Below, piece by piece: positions 47,626 through 58,685 of a stretch of DNA of 64,000 bases (positions are counted from its first letter, which is position 1; every line of letters starts with the position of its first letter). The notes beneath the pieces were generated by a model that was not told where the DNA came from, made no database searches, and worked only from the letters and a program-made list of their open reading frames with translations. The stretch is from an uncultured Photobacterium sp. (lineage in GTDB: Bacteria; Pseudomonadota; Gammaproteobacteria; Enterobacterales; Vibrionaceae), in NCBI RefSeq assembly GCF_947039875.1, contig NZ_CAMRAN010000016.1, forward strand, positions 3,592 through 67,591. Direction: 5' to 3'. The translations under genes were made by a program, and so were the position numbers.

Positions 47626-47844
47626 ATGCGCAGTTTTACGTTTACTATTAATATTAGTTACAACCTTTTTCTGCAACACTATTCAGGTGCCGCCAGTAGT
47701 GTGGTGGTTGTAACGGATACAGGCTTAAAGCTTCAACTTCCTGCAATAAGACTACGAGGTTTTCTAACCCATGCCGGTATTACAGGAAAATTCCGCGTCA
47801 TCGTTAACAGTGATAATAAACTTGAGGCAATCGAACGCCTTTAA
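47626..47844 (+). CDS. DUF2835-family small protein
   Basis: FTFTINISYNLFLQHYSGAASSVVVVTDTGLKLQLPAIRLRGFLTHAGITGKFRV matches my recollection of this ~70-aa family in Vibrionaceae. Confidence 0.55.
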   Translation: MRSFTFTINISYNLFLQHYSGAASSVVVVTDTGLKLQLPAIRLRGFLTHAGITGKFRVIVNSDNKLEAIERL

Positions 47845-48152
47845 CTGTGGTTTTACCTATTTTTAATAGCGACAAATAACGAATGGAAATAATCTTATTG
47901 CATGCTATTTTACAAAGTGGTTATTGTTCTCACGGCATTAAATGCCATCATTAACCTTCTTTATTTAAATTAAAACAAATAAATAACAGCAAAAACGAGA
48001 AGTAAGGAAATACACGTTCGTGGTTAACCGTTTACTCAATCTTTCGTCCACATCTTTTAAAATAAAAAGCATGTTTGTTTATTTTTAACGTAAATGGAAT
48101 GTATCAATTAACAGTCATTATGTGTGATAAATGGTGCGTTTAACGTGAACGT

Positions 48153-48168
48153 ACGAAAACGTTTGCTT
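48153..48168. promoter_or_regulatory. PurR-box-like palindrome upstream of pyrD
   Basis: ACGAAAACGTTTGCTT, read in reverse complement as AAGCAAACGTTTTCGT, matches the PurR consensus ACGCAAACGTTTTCGT at 15 of 16 positions. It lies ~170 nt upstream of the pyrD ATG. Confidence 0.6.
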
Positions 48169-48336
48169 TTTGTGGCAATTATTTGAAACTAATGCCGCTT
48201 ATAAGCCATTGTAAATATTGACATAAAATATAAGTCCATATTTTATTGATAATAATCAAATGAATAGGGATTGTATTTAGCCTTATAACTGTGAATAATA
48301 CCACCCCGTTTATACGGGATTTTTAATGGAGTTATA

Positions 48337-49347
48337 ATGTTATATCGCATCGCACGATCCGCTATTTTCCAGTTGGATGCAGAAAAAGCACACGACCTCG
48401 CTATTCAGAATTTTTCTCGCTTTACTGGTACTCCACTTGATCTCTTTTATCGTCAACATGTTCCTGAGCGTCCTGTTGAAGTTATGGGTATTACGTTTAA
48501 AAATCCTGTCGGTCTAGCGGCTGGCCTAGATAAGAATGGCGAATGTATTGATGCATTTGGCGCAATGGGATTTGGTTTTGTTGAAGTTGGTACTGTAACA
48601 CCTCGCCCTCAGTCGGGTAATGATAAGCCGCGTTTATTCCGTTTGATTCCTGCTGAAGGTATTATTAACCGTTTTGGTTTTAATAACCTCGGTGTCGATA
48701 ATTTAGTTGAGAATGTTAAGAAGTCGACTTATGACGGTGTGATTGGTATTAATATCGGTAAGAATAAAGACACACCGATTGAAAAGGGTGCTGAAGACTA
48801 TCTAATCTGTATGGAAAAGGTCTATCAGTACGCAGGCTATATTGCTGTTAACATTTCATCACCAAACACGCCTGGATTACGTTCGCTACAATATGGCGCA
48901 GCATTAGATGATCTATTATCACAACTAAAACAAAAACAAACTGAGCTAGCTGAATTACATGGCAAGTATGTACCGCTAGCACTTAAGATCGCCCCTGATC
49001 TTGATGATCAAGAAATTGTTCAAGTTTGTGAGTCACTCATTCGTAATAATATCGATGGCGTTATCGGTACGAACACTACATTAGATCGCACCTTGGTTGA
49101 AGGTATGGATCATTGTGATGAAATGGGAGGCTTAAGTGGTCGCCCATTACAAAATAAGAGTACTGATGTTATTCGTAAAATGGCAATTGCGTTGAATGGC
49201 GTATTACCTATTATTGGTGTGGGGGGGATTGATTCGGCAATGTCAGCCCGTGAAAAAATCCAAGCTGGTGCGCAATTGGTTCAAGTTTATACTGGTTTTA
49301 TTTATCACGGCCCACGTTTAGTAAAAGACATTGTTAACGGTCTTTAA
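48337..49347 (+). CDS. pyrD: Dihydroorotate dehydrogenase (quinone), class 2
   Basis: The 336-aa product contains [31 protein letters not shown] and GVGGI. Confidence 0.95.
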   Translation: MLYRIARSAIFQLDAEKAHDLAIQNFSRFTGTPLDLFYRQHVPERPVEVMGITFKNPVGLAAGLDKNGECIDAFGAMGFGFVEVGTVTPRPQSGNDKPRLFRLIPAEGIINRFGFNNLGVDNLVENVKKSTYDGVIGINIGKNKDTPIEKGAEDYLICMEKVYQYAGYIAVNISSPNTPGLRSLQYGAALDDLLSQLKQKQTELAELHGKYVPLALKIAPDLDDQEIVQVCESLIRNNIDGVIGTNTTLDRTLVEGMDHCDEMGGLSGRPLQNKSTDVIRKMAIALNGVLPIIGVGGIDSAMSAREKIQAGAQLVQVYTGFIYHGPRLVKDIVNGL

Positions 49348-49571
49348 TATAAACAGCTAAGCCCATCGTTCATCCATCATACGATAATTATTAATAAGCC
49401 AAATTGGATCATGCATTCAATTTGGCTTTTTCATATCTACAAATTAAAAAATTAATAAAACTACATAATTACTTAGAGATTATTGTCATCATTTTTCCCC
49501 TTTTAATTTGTCATCTGTGACGTAAAATTTTATCTATAATCGTTGATACAGAGTAAGAGAGCGAGGGATCC

Positions 49572-50114
49572 ATGCTAACTCCAAACAATTCTTGGCACTG
49601 GCGGTTTGATATAAAACGTAATACGCTGATGCTCGATCTTGGCAATGAATTATTATTTTGTGTTTCCATACCAATCAAAAAATTAGTTGAAGAAGCTAGA
49701 TCAACATCAAAGCAAGTTTTTACGGTAACGGATGTCGCTGCTTACCAAGCGTTTAAAGAAGGGATGGATGAGTTAGCATTATCTGAAGCGCGTAAGTCTG
49801 AATTAGCATTAAATGCTGTGGCAACGTATCGTTTTCAAAAACCGATAATGGCTAAAAGCTGGTTCTTTACGCCACAAGTCGGGGCAGATCCTTATTGGGG
49901 AGAAGTGGTTATGTTACAAACGGAACACAGCTGTGCTCGGTTTATTATTATCGAAAATGACGGTAATTCAAGCCTTTGTATGTTAGCTGATGTGACACCT
50001 ATGGCATTAGATAATAATAAGGTAATGAACTTTTCTGATACGATCCGTGTAATGAATAATCGAATAACATCTTATTTAGGCTCTAAGCCAATGAACTTTG
50101 CTTTAGTAGGGTAG
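49572..50114 (+). CDS. zapC: Cell-division protein ZapC
   Basis: NSWHWRFDIKRNTLMLDLGNELLF...KSWFF... is colinear with E. coli ZapC (YcbW). It lies downstream of pyrD as in E. coli. Confidence 0.85.
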   Translation: MLTPNNSWHWRFDIKRNTLMLDLGNELLFCVSIPIKKLVEEARSTSKQVFTVTDVAAYQAFKEGMDELALSEARKSELALNAVATYRFQKPIMAKSWFFTPQVGADPYWGEVVMLQTEHSCARFIIIENDGNSSLCMLADVTPMALDNNKVMNFSDTIRVMNNRITSYLGSKPMNFALVG

Positions 50115-51059
50115 GGAATAGTATTTTCGTTATTCTTTACCTGCTTTAGTGAATTATTTTTAAAATGCTGCATTATTCATTTCAAAAACGTTACCTTCAC
50201 GTAATGGTATGATTCTTCATTAATACGATAAAACTTGATTCCACTTCTTTCTACTACCTACTATTTCCCGCTTTGTGTTCATACCTTCATCACTGTTATC
50301 TGCTTGGTTATCTTTCGTCGGCGTTTGCTATATCGTTCTATATTTAATCCATCATTTCTTAATATCACTATATTGGCTTGTATACTTCGTTGTATAGCCG
50401 TGTTCTTATTTCATCTATGAGCTATTAGTTCGCTGGTGGTTTTGATTAAATTGTGCCAAAGGAGTGATATGAATATCAATAGCTGTGTGATCTATCTCAA
50501 AAAATTGAACATTCTAGTCTAAATAATAAGCAATATAAGCACAGTTAAATACTAATAATCTTCTTATATTGCGATGAATAACCGCATTTATTATCTGTTA
50601 ATTTCCTTATTTTGAAGACGTCAGCCCTTTAGCTGTAAAATAGCGTGCCTGATTATTCCAATTATTCCAGATTGTAACTGAAAGGTCAGCGATTCGTTTT
50701 TACTTGGCGCCATGTTCACTATGAAACCAATATTTTTTCATGTTATATCATTACTAATTAATGGCTTGAGTATTATCTTTGTATGTAAACAATATGTTCT
50801 ACCTTGTTTTTATTGGTAGTCATCAGCAAAATTAAGTCACATTGTTTCCACCCGTGCTCAATGGTGCTCATTATGAATGATGAAGGATTTACTAGTAAAA
50901 ATATGCGCTGAATTTATGTTCAAAAAACGAGGTTAAAATGCCTATCCGTTAGCAAAGGCTGTTTTTTTCAGCTAATTAGGAAATTGATTGTGGTAAAAGC
51001 GAGGTATTTAATGTGATTTCAGTTATAATTCGACGCAATATTAGTGTGAAAAGAACGCC

Positions 51060-53198
51060 ATGAATCAATATTTAGCGATTACTTCCCGCGGCCTAGAAAA
51101 CTTGCTTGCGGATGAACTAGAACAATTAGGTGCACAAAACATTCAAGTTGTGCATGCCGGTGTCCGTTTTAAAGCAGATCAAGCAATGGCTTATCGTTGC
51201 TGCCTATGGACTCGTATTTCATCTCGAATCATCCAAGTGTTGAGTGAGTTTAATGTCCGTGATGATATGGACTTATACTTAGGTGCAACGGCGATTAATT
51301 GGATGAGCCACTTTGATAGCAATACCCGTATTGTGGTTGATTTCAATGGTACTAACCGTGAAATACGTAATAGCCAATACGGTGCGATGAAAATCAAAGA
51401 TGCGATTGTGGACCGTTTTACTAAAGCGGATCTTCGTCGCCCTAATATCGATCGTGAAAATCCAGATTTACGAATTCATATGCGTCTTTCTGGTGAGAAA
51501 GGTATTCTTGGCCTAGATATGGCGGGTAGCGGTTTACACCAACGTGGTTACCGTAGTGAAGCTGGTCGTGCCCCTTTACGTGAAACGCATGCTGCGGCAT
51601 TAGTGATGAAAAGTGGCTGGACACCCGAAACCGCATTGTTAGATCCAATGTGTGGTTCTGGTACGTTAGTGATTGAAGCCGCTATGATGGCTGCCGACAT
51701 TGCCCCTGGCCTTAAACGTAAGCGTTGGGGCTTTGAGTCAATTAAAGACTTTGACAAAGAAGCATGGTTAGAGATTCATGCAGAAGCGACAGTGAAAGCG
51801 CGTCGTGGTCCTGCAAAAGTAACCACAAAGTTCTTTGGTCGTGAAATGGATCAACGTGTCTTAGCGATTGCTCGTGATAATGCGGGTCGTGCTGGTGTGA
51901 AGAGTTTGATTGATTTTGCCTACGGTGATGCAACACAACTGATTCGCCCAGAAGGCTTTGATACTGGCATCATTCTTTGTAACCCTCCTTACGGTGAGCG
52001 TTTAGGTACAACATCTGAACTTATCTCATTGTACAAAGAGTTTGGTAACCGTTTAAAGCTGGCTTTTGAAGGTTCAGTTGCGGCTATCTACTCTGGTTCT
52101 AATGAATTGTTAAGCTGCATGCGTATGCGTGCTGACAAACAATTTAAATTAAGTAACGGTGCATTAGATTGTGTACTTAAAACATACTTAATTACAGCGG
52201 GTAGTGTTAAGAAAGAGGAAGGTGAGGAAGAAGGCGTTATCGTTCAAGAAGACGTAGCTCCTGATTTTGCTAACCGTTTAAAGAAAAATATTGCTAAGTT
52301 AGGCAAGTGGGCTAAGCGTGAAGGCGTTGATTGTTACCGTATTTATGATGCGGATCTGCCTAACTACAATGCAGCTATTGATAAATATAATGATTATCTG
52401 ATCATTCAAGAATATGCAGCACCAAAGACGGTTTCTGAAGAAACAGCGCGTCGTCGTATTATGGATGTATTGCGTGCTACGATTGAAGTAACTGGCGTTG
52501 AGCCAAATAAAGTTATTTTAAAAATACGTGAGCGCCAAAAAGGCCGTAATCAATATCAAAAGCTATCAAGTGCAGAACGTCACATGACAGTGGATGAATA
52601 TGGTATTAAGTTTAAAGTGAATCTTTATGATTACCTTGATACAGGTTTATTCTTAGATCACCGCATTACGCGTCGTATGCTTGGTCAAATGGCAGCAGGT
52701 AAAGATTTCCTTAACTTATTTGCTTACACTGGTTCTGCAACGGTTCATGCAGCAGTCGGTGGTGCTAAGTCAACCACAACGGTTGATATGTCGAATACTT
52801 ACTTGCGTTGGGCTCAAGAGAACATGGAGCTTAATAACCAAGTGGGTGATCAACATGAATTTGTTCAAGCTGATTGTCTACAGTGGCTACAAGAAGTTGA
52901 TGATACGTTTGATCTGATCTTTATCGATCCACCAACGTTCTCAAACTCTAAGCGTATGAAGCAGACGTTTGACATTGAACGTGATCACATCATGTTAATG
53001 GAAAACTTAAAGCGTATGCTGCGTCCAGAAGGACAGATTGTATTCTCTAATAACAAGCGTCACTTCAAGATGGATCTTGAAAAACTGACTGAACTTGGCC
53101 TACAGGCTAAGAACATTTCAGATAAGACTTTACCACTTGATTTCGCTAAGAATAAGCAAATCCATAACTGTTGGATTATCACTCACAAGGAAGACTAA
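51060..53198 (+). CDS. rlmL: Bifunctional 23S rRNA m2G2445/m7G2069 methyltransferase RlmL(KL)
   Basis: The 712-aa product has a THUMP N-terminus, [16 protein letters not shown], and a C-terminal second MTase ([10 protein letters not shown]). Confidence 0.95.
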   Translation: MNQYLAITSRGLENLLADELEQLGAQNIQVVHAGVRFKADQAMAYRCCLWTRISSRIIQVLSEFNVRDDMDLYLGATAINWMSHFDSNTRIVVDFNGTNREIRNSQYGAMKIKDAIVDRFTKADLRRPNIDRENPDLRIHMRLSGEKGILGLDMAGSGLHQRGYRSEAGRAPLRETHAAALVMKSGWTPETALLDPMCGSGTLVIEAAMMAADIAPGLKRKRWGFESIKDFDKEAWLEIHAEATVKARRGPAKVTTKFFGREMDQRVLAIARDNAGRAGVKSLIDFAYGDATQLIRPEGFDTGIILCNPPYGERLGTTSELISLYKEFGNRLKLAFEGSVAAIYSGSNELLSCMRMRADKQFKLSNGALDCVLKTYLITAGSVKKEEGEEEGVIVQEDVAPDFANRLKKNIAKLGKWAKREGVDCYRIYDADLPNYNAAIDKYNDYLIIQEYAAPKTVSEETARRRIMDVLRATIEVTGVEPNKVILKIRERQKGRNQYQKLSSAERHMTVDEYGIKFKVNLYDYLDTGLFLDHRITRRMLGQMAAGKDFLNLFAYTGSATVHAAVGGAKSTTTVDMSNTYLRWAQENMELNNQVGDQHEFVQADCLQWLQEVDDTFDLIFIDPPTFSNSKRMKQTFDIERDHIMLMENLKRMLRPEGQIVFSNNKRHFKMDLEKLTELGLQAKNISDKTLPLDFAKNKQIHNCWIITHKED

Positions 53199-53459
53199 GT
53201 GTTACTAACACTTTATGGCACACAAGGATGTCATCTCTGCGAGCAAGCTTATGGTTTGCTGGTAGAGATGGGTGTGCAGCATCAAGTAAGCATCGTTGAT
53301 ATTGTCTTTGATGATGCTTTATTCTCTCGTTACGGTGTAACTATACCCGTACTCGCAATTTCAAATCATGATGATCTCACTATTTCGAAGCCAGAACTTC
53401 ATTGGCCGTTTGACAGAAATAGGTTAGCAGCATGGTTAACTATTAATGAGCTTGGTTAA
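53199..53459 (+). CDS. Glutaredoxin-like small protein (DUF836 type)
   Basis: LTLYGTQGCHLCEQA carries the CxxC motif. The GTG start directly abuts the rlmL stop. Confidence 0.7.
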   Translation: MLLTLYGTQGCHLCEQAYGLLVEMGVQHQVSIVDIVFDDALFSRYGVTIPVLAISNHDDLTISKPELHWPFDRNRLAAWLTINELG

Positions 53460-53464
53460 AAAAG

Positions 53465-55399
53465 ATGGCACTAATTAAAATCAGTAACGCCCAACTAGCC
53501 TATGGCGATCATGCTTTACTCGATAAAGCTGAATTTCTTCTTCATTCTCATGAGCGTGTTTGTCTTGTTGGTCGTAATGGCGCAGGCAAATCAACACTAA
53601 TGAAAGTGATTGCTGGTGAGGTATTACTTGATGACGGTAGTATTCAACGTCAAAACGAGCTGGTGGTTTCACGCTTAGAGCAAGATCCACCACGTAATGC
53701 TGAAGGTTCAGTATTTGATTATGTTGCTGAAGGTCTTGCTGACGCAGGTCGTGTATTACGTGAATATCATCACCAGTTAGATTTAGTGACAGAAGATCCT
53801 AGTGAAGCGAATATTAATAAGCTAGCACGCATTCAAGAACAAGTTGATCACCATAATGGTTGGCAGCTTGATACACGCATTGCCGCTGTGCTAGAAAGTT
53901 TAAAATTAGAACCACATACATTGTTAACTGACCTGTCTGGTGGTTGGCAACGTAAAGCGGCACTTGCTCGTGCGCTTGTATGTGATCCTGATATCCTTTT
54001 ATTGGATGAGCCAACCAACCACCTTGACGTAACAACGATTGAATGGCTTGAAGGTTTCCTAAAAGATTTCCGTGGTTCAATTATCTTTATTTCTCACGAC
54101 CGCGCATTCATTCGTTCAATGGCAACACGTATTATCGATTTAGATCGTGGTCAATTAGTGTCTTTCCCTGGTGACTATGAAGCTTACTTAGATGCTAAAA
54201 CTGAACTATTACGTGTAGAAGAAGAACAAAACGCGTTATTTGATAAGAAATTGGCGCAAGAAGAAGTATGGATCCGTCAAGGTATTAAAGCACGTCGTAC
54301 GCGTAATGAAGGTCGTGTTCGTGCGCTAAAAGCATTACGTAACGAGCGTAGTGAGCGTCGTGATGTTGTTGGTAAAGCTGATATGCAGCTACAAGATGCT
54401 AACCGTTCAGGTAAGATTGTCTTTGAAGCGAAAAATATCGGGTATAGTTACGGTGACAAGCAAATCGTTAAAGACTTTAGCTTTAATGTGATGCGTGGCG
54501 ATCGAATTGCACTTATTGGCCCTAACGGCTGTGGTAAGAGTACCTTGATTAAAGTAATGCTTGATAAGTTACAAGCAACAGAAGGTAACTTCCATTGTGG
54601 TACTAAGCTTGAAGTGGCTTACTTTGACCAATACCGTGAAATTTTAGACCCAGAGAAAACGGTAATGGATAACCTTGCTGATGGTAAGCAAGAAGTGACT
54701 ATTAATGGTAAGACGCGTCATGCGTTAGGTTACCTACAAGATTTCTTATTCCATCCTCGTCGTGCCCGAACGCCGGTTAAAGCACTATCAGGTGGAGAGA
54801 AAAACCGTTTGTTACTCGCAAAACTGTTCCTTAAACCTAATAATTTGTTGGTTCTCGATGAACCAACAAACGATTTAGATATCGAAACATTGGAACTTTT
54901 AGAAGATATTCTTGCCAATTATCAAGGGACATTACTATTAGTGAGTCACGATCGTCAATTTGTTGATAATACTGTGACTACAAGCTGGATTTTTGAAGGT
55001 GATGGCGTTGTTAACGAATACGTTGGCGGTTACCATGATGCTCAATCTCAGCGTGCTAATTCTTATGCGAATCAAGCGAAAGAGCAGGCTGCTCAAATTG
55101 AATTAGCAAAAAAGAAAAAAGCAGAGCAAGAACAAAAGCAGCAACAAGCAACACCTAAACGCGCAGGTAAGAAGTTATCTTTTACGCTTCAACATGAGCT
55201 AGCAGGCTTACCGCAAAAAATTGAAGACTTAGAGAATGAAATCGCAACATTGCAGGAACAAGTCAATGATCCTGCGTTTTTCTCGGATCCGAAGAATGAT
55301 ACACAAACGACTCTGACTGCTTTAGCTAAGCTTGAAGAAGAATTTGAAGTAGCTTTTGAACGATGGGAAGAGCTGGACGCGATGCAAAAGGAATCCTAA
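53465..55399 (+). CDS. uup: ABC-F ATPase Uup
   Basis: Two ABC cassettes are present (GRNGAGKST / LSGGWQRK / LLLDEPTNHLD; GPNGCGKST / LSGGEKNR / LVLDEPTNDLD). The C-terminus is a coiled-coil DNA-binding tail. Confidence 0.95.
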   Translation: MALIKISNAQLAYGDHALLDKAEFLLHSHERVCLVGRNGAGKSTLMKVIAGEVLLDDGSIQRQNELVVSRLEQDPPRNAEGSVFDYVAEGLADAGRVLREYHHQLDLVTEDPSEANINKLARIQEQVDHHNGWQLDTRIAAVLESLKLEPHTLLTDLSGGWQRKAALARALVCDPDILLLDEPTNHLDVTTIEWLEGFLKDFRGSIIFISHDRAFIRSMATRIIDLDRGQLVSFPGDYEAYLDAKTELLRVEEEQNALFDKKLAQEEVWIRQGIKARRTRNEGRVRALKALRNERSERRDVVGKADMQLQDANRSGKIVFEAKNIGYSYGDKQIVKDFSFNVMRGDRIALIGPNGCGKSTLIKVMLDKLQATEGNFHCGTKLEVAYFDQYREILDPEKTVMDNLADGKQEVTINGKTRHALGYLQDFLFHPRRARTPVKALSGGEKNRLLLAKLFLKPNNLLVLDEPTNDLDIETLELLEDILANYQGTLLLVSHDRQFVDNTVTTSWIFEGDGVVNEYVGGYHDAQSQRANSYANQAKEQAAQIELAKKKKAEQEQKQQQATPKRAGKKLSFTLQHELAGLPQKIEDLENEIATLQEQVNDPAFFSDPKNDTQTTLTALAKLEEEFEVAFERWEELDAMQKES

Positions 55400-57453
55400 T
55401 GCCACATAAGATGTTAAAGCTTTCTACACTTGCTATTTTAATTGCAGGGGCATCACAAGCGAGTGCTGCTGTATATACTGTCGTGCCTGTTGCAAATACT
55501 GATAGTGCTGGTGTTAAGCAACTCGCTACTCAAGACTATTTTGCAGAAGCTCAGGCTAACGCAAATAGTACGCCGATCACTGTATCAAGTACGGGGATTA
55601 AGCCCTCAGCCGAGAATGCTGACTGTTTTACAGGTACTGAGTGTGCTGTTGATGATTACACTGTTACAGGTGTTGCTCGTCGTGGTACAGAAGGCATGCC
55701 TATTACAGACGTCACACCGTATAATCAAAATAGCCAAGACATCGTTAATCAATATGAATTACGACGCTATTGCGATAATAACTTAGGTTATGGTACCTGT
55801 GATATTTGGGCTGAAAATCAGTTTTTTGGTATTAATTATACCGATGAGGATGAGTGGGATGGTCAAGGCGTAGGTGGCTTACAGAAAAAACAAGCTGCTT
55901 GGGTTAATGGTTACCATTCTAATGCTCAAGGCTTAGTAAATGGTGAAGCTATAGATTCTTTTGCTACTGATACTACAAAGTATGATGGTACTCAGAAAGC
56001 GAATCTTGGTGATATTATTGCAGACACTACAGACACGCTTGTAAAGGGCGCTGTAGGAACTGATTTTGTTTACGGTATTACATCATCGTCATTATTTAAG
56101 AATGGCTCTGGTATGCCACGCGCATTTGAAAAGCGTGGTTTTGTTAATACAAATGGTGAGTCTGTTCAATTAGCGCCGGTAACAACATCAAATGTGCTTG
56201 TTTCAAATATGGGGCAAACATTAGCAAATGACGCTGTTGCTATGAAAGATGGCCAATTACTTGTCGTTGGTTCATCGTCTTACGCGCCAAGTTTTTATGC
56301 TAAAGACAGTAATGGTAAAAATCGTGAAGATGATAATAAATTACCAAGTTCTGATGATATTTTAAATAATGGTTCACATCCGCTTGATTTTGCTAGAATG
56401 AAGCAATGTGCAACTAATACATCGGATAATCTTTATGCAAATTGGGAGTGTCAATTTAGTACGTTTGCCAACGAAGCTGCATTTTGGTTAGTGAATACAG
56501 ACGGTACTGTAACATCTCACGCAATTACAGCTGGTAGTGGTGATAATCGTGACGGTTTAGCTGTTATTGACAAAGACAATGACGAATTATCATTCCAAGC
56601 ATCTGCTCAAGCGGTAGCATTAGATACTAATGGTGATCCAATTGCTGTTGGTTATTCAACGACAGATGTTAGAAATGATTTCTATGCGATGCAAGCAGCA
56701 TACTTTACTGCGAAATCGGCTGATTTAACGTCATGGACACGTACTTTAATTCCTGGATTAGATATTAAGCCTGGTGATGATCGTGACTTTACTTACACTA
56801 TGGCAAATGGCGTTAACAATAAGTCTGTAATTGTAGGTGATGCAAAAGGTAATGGTGAAAAGCCACAACGTGCATTTGTTTACAAAGCAGGACAAAGTAA
56901 AGCGCAGTTTTTTGATGATCTAGCTCCCGCTATTTTCTTCAAAGATTCAAACAGTAATGCAGCTGCAGTCAATGATAATGATCAAGTTGTAGGCTGGGTT
57001 GATATTGAAGCAAGTAATGGTAAAGAAGCGCGTCATCGTGCATTTACTTATATGGCAAATAATTCTGTTATTAAGAATGCTAATGGTGATGTTGTGCTTG
57101 CGCCAAATAAGGCATGGATACTTGATGATTTAATCAATGATCCAAATGCCGGTACGGGTTCTGTAGCAAACTCATACCGTATTTTAGACGCAACAGGCGT
57201 TAATAATGCGGGAGTGATTGCGGCGACAGCTTATTACTGTCAAGGTGGTTATGAGAGCCTTAGCAATCTTGCGCACTGTAATGGTACCGAGCAACGAGTT
57301 ATCGTTAAGTTAGTACCTAATGCAAATGCAACAGCTAATGATATCCAAGCACGTGTAAAAGATGAAGATGAACCTTTGAAGCGCTCTGGTGGTTCACTAG
57401 GTATTTTAGCTTTGACAGCGTTAGGCTTTATTGGTTTCAGAAGAAGAAAATAA
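55399..57453 (+). CDS. DUF3466-like secreted protein with a GlyGly-CTERM sorting signal
   Basis: The signal peptide is MPHKMLKLSTLAILIAGASQASA. The C-terminus, SGGSLGILALTALGFIGFRRRK, has the GlyGly-CTERM architecture (GG, TM helix, basic tail). The ATG overlaps the uup stop (TAATG). Confidence 0.8.
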   Translation: MPHKMLKLSTLAILIAGASQASAAVYTVVPVANTDSAGVKQLATQDYFAEAQANANSTPITVSSTGIKPSAENADCFTGTECAVDDYTVTGVARRGTEGMPITDVTPYNQNSQDIVNQYELRRYCDNNLGYGTCDIWAENQFFGINYTDEDEWDGQGVGGLQKKQAAWVNGYHSNAQGLVNGEAIDSFATDTTKYDGTQKANLGDIIADTTDTLVKGAVGTDFVYGITSSSLFKNGSGMPRAFEKRGFVNTNGESVQLAPVTTSNVLVSNMGQTLANDAVAMKDGQLLVVGSSSYAPSFYAKDSNGKNREDDNKLPSSDDILNNGSHPLDFARMKQCATNTSDNLYANWECQFSTFANEAAFWLVNTDGTVTSHAITAGSGDNRDGLAVIDKDNDELSFQASAQAVALDTNGDPIAVGYSTTDVRNDFYAMQAAYFTAKSADLTSWTRTLIPGLDIKPGDDRDFTYTMANGVNNKSVIVGDAKGNGEKPQRAFVYKAGQSKAQFFDDLAPAIFFKDSNSNAAAVNDNDQVVGWVDIEASNGKEARHRAFTYMANNSVIKNANGDVVLAPNKAWILDDLINDPNAGTGSVANSYRILDATGVNNAGVIAATAYYCQGGYESLSNLAHCNGTEQRVIVKLVPNANATANDIQARVKDEDEPLKRSGGSLGILALTALGFIGFRRRK

Positions 57454-57480
57454 TTATTTAATTAAATAATTTAATTGCCA

Positions 57481-57513
57481 CGGGCTCACAAATTGTGAGC
57501 CCGTTTTGTTTTT
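57481..57513 (+). terminator. Rho-independent terminator
   Basis: CGGGCTCACA-AAT-TGTGAGCCCG is a perfect 10-bp stem followed by TTTTGTTTTT. Confidence 0.65.
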
Positions 57514-57624
57514 AGGCTTGATCAATTTCAGAATCTGACCCATTTTTAATAAAGGAGTCATAACACTCCGTCATTACTTTATTGTGATGAAAAGTACCAA
57601 ACAGATAAGGATGAGGATCGAACT

Positions 57625-57798
57625 ATGAAGAGACAAAAGCGGGATCGTTTAGAACGCGCACAAGCTCGAGGTTATCAAGCCGGTTTGAATGGCCGTTCTA
57701 CAGAGGATTGTCCATATAATGGTACAGATGCCCGTACGAATTGGTTAGGCGGTTGGCGAGACGCAAGAGAGGAAATGCAACAAGGTCTCTATAAATAA
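57625..57798 (+). CDS. rmf: Ribosome modulation factor
   Basis: This 57-aa ORF is absent from the supplied track because it is shorter than 60 aa. MKRQKRDRLERAQARGYQAGLNGRSTEDCPYNGTDARTNWLGGWRDAREE is nearly colinear with E. coli Rmf. Confidence 0.9.
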   Translation: MKRQKRDRLERAQARGYQAGLNGRSTEDCPYNGTDARTNWLGGWRDAREEMQQGLYK

Positions 57799-57829
57799 GA
57801 TAACCTCCCTCATGGTTAACCTTTCTGAG

Positions 57830-57853
57830 GCCCCTTAGGAGAAGGGGCTTTTT
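57830..57853 (+). terminator. Rho-independent terminator of rmf
   Basis: GCCCCTT-AGGAG-AAGGGGC is followed by TTTTT. Confidence 0.6.
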
Positions 57854-58060
57854 ATTATAACAAGCATTATTGCTATCATTTTTCCGTGGTGGTGTTTATT
57901 ACACCCGCACAAAAAGCTATCTATATTTATTTTTTTGCTGGTGGGTTTTAAATTAGATGGCATTGTATTTGAAAGTGATTTATTTGCAGTTATATTTTCT
58001 GAGACGATTGCTAGTGGGCTTAATATGATATCGAACACTATTTCTAACGATAAAATATGA

Positions 58061-58090
58061 AAAAGCTCTGAAGAAAGACTTCAGAGCTTT
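58061..58090 (-). terminator. Rho-independent terminator of fabA
   Basis: AAAGCTCTGAAG-N5-CTTCAGAGCTTT forms a 12-bp stem with a T-run on the minus strand. Confidence 0.6.
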
Positions 58091-58112
58091 AATGTTTTAG
58101 TTTCTAATCGAA

Positions 58113-58637
58113 TTAGAAGTTGTCAGTATCTTTAAACAGACCTACTTTAAGATCTTTAGCAACATAGATTTCTTTGCCATCAACAAGTACACGGCCATCT
58201 GCAACACCCATAATAAGCTTACGGTTAATAACACGTTTAAGCTGGATGTCGTAAGTGACTTTTTTAGCTGTTGGTAGTACTTGGCCTGTAAATTTAACTT
58301 CACCCACACCAAGTGCACGGCCTTTACCTTCACCACCAGACCAGCCAAGGAAGAAGCCTACAAGTTGCCACATCGCATCAAGGCCAAGACAACCAGGCAT
58401 TACTGGATCACCGATAAAATGGCAGTTAAAGAACCATAGATCAGGATTGATATCTAATTCCGCATGGATAAACCCTTTGCCGTGGTCTCCACCTTCAGCA
58501 GAGATATTCACAACACGGTCAATCATCAGCATATTGTCTACTGGTAGTGATGGAAATTCAGGACCGTATAGTTCGCTTTTACCACATGCAACTAGTTCTT
58601 CGTGTGTATAAGAATTCTGGCGTGTCATTAGAATCAT
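58113..58637 (-). CDS. fabA: 3-hydroxydecanoyl-ACP dehydratase/isomerase
   Basis: [41 protein letters not shown]...[26 protein letters not shown] is near-identical to E. coli FabA over the active-site region. An alternative start exists at 58628. Confidence 0.95.
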   Translation of the reverse strand: MILMTRQNSYTHEELVACGKSELYGPEFPSLPVDNMLMIDRVVNISAEGGDHGKGFIHAELDINPDLWFFNCHFIGDPVMPGCLGLDAMWQLVGFFLGWSGGEGKGRALGVGEVKFTGQVLPTAKKVTYDIQLKRVINRKLIMGVADGRVLVDGKEIYVAKDLKVGLFKDTDNF

Positions 58638-58666
58638 TTACTCCTTCAAAAGTATGCAAGCAATTT

Positions 58667-58684
58667 AGCTTACACGTGTACGCT
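58667..58684. promoter_or_regulatory. FabR-type palindromic operator upstream of fabA
   Basis: AGCTTACACGTGTACGCT is self-complementary at 16 of 18 positions. Its reverse complement closely matches the E. coli fabA FabR site as I recall it (AGCGTACACGTGTTAGCT). Confidence 0.6.
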
Positions 58685-58685
58685 A

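Noticed and set aside
50235-50420. 61-aa ORF in the zapC-rlmL gap.
   Set aside because: The product is a low-complexity Leu/Ile/Phe/Cys-rich translation of a pyrimidine-skewed stretch. It has a TTG-type start, no SD and no recognisable domain.
55442-55786. 114-aa alternative-frame ORF at the start of the DUF3466 gene, and the long N-terminal extension of that gene from 55363.
   Set aside because: The 55363 extension overlaps the uup coding end, and the signal peptide begins at the ATG at 55399. The alternative frame has no support.
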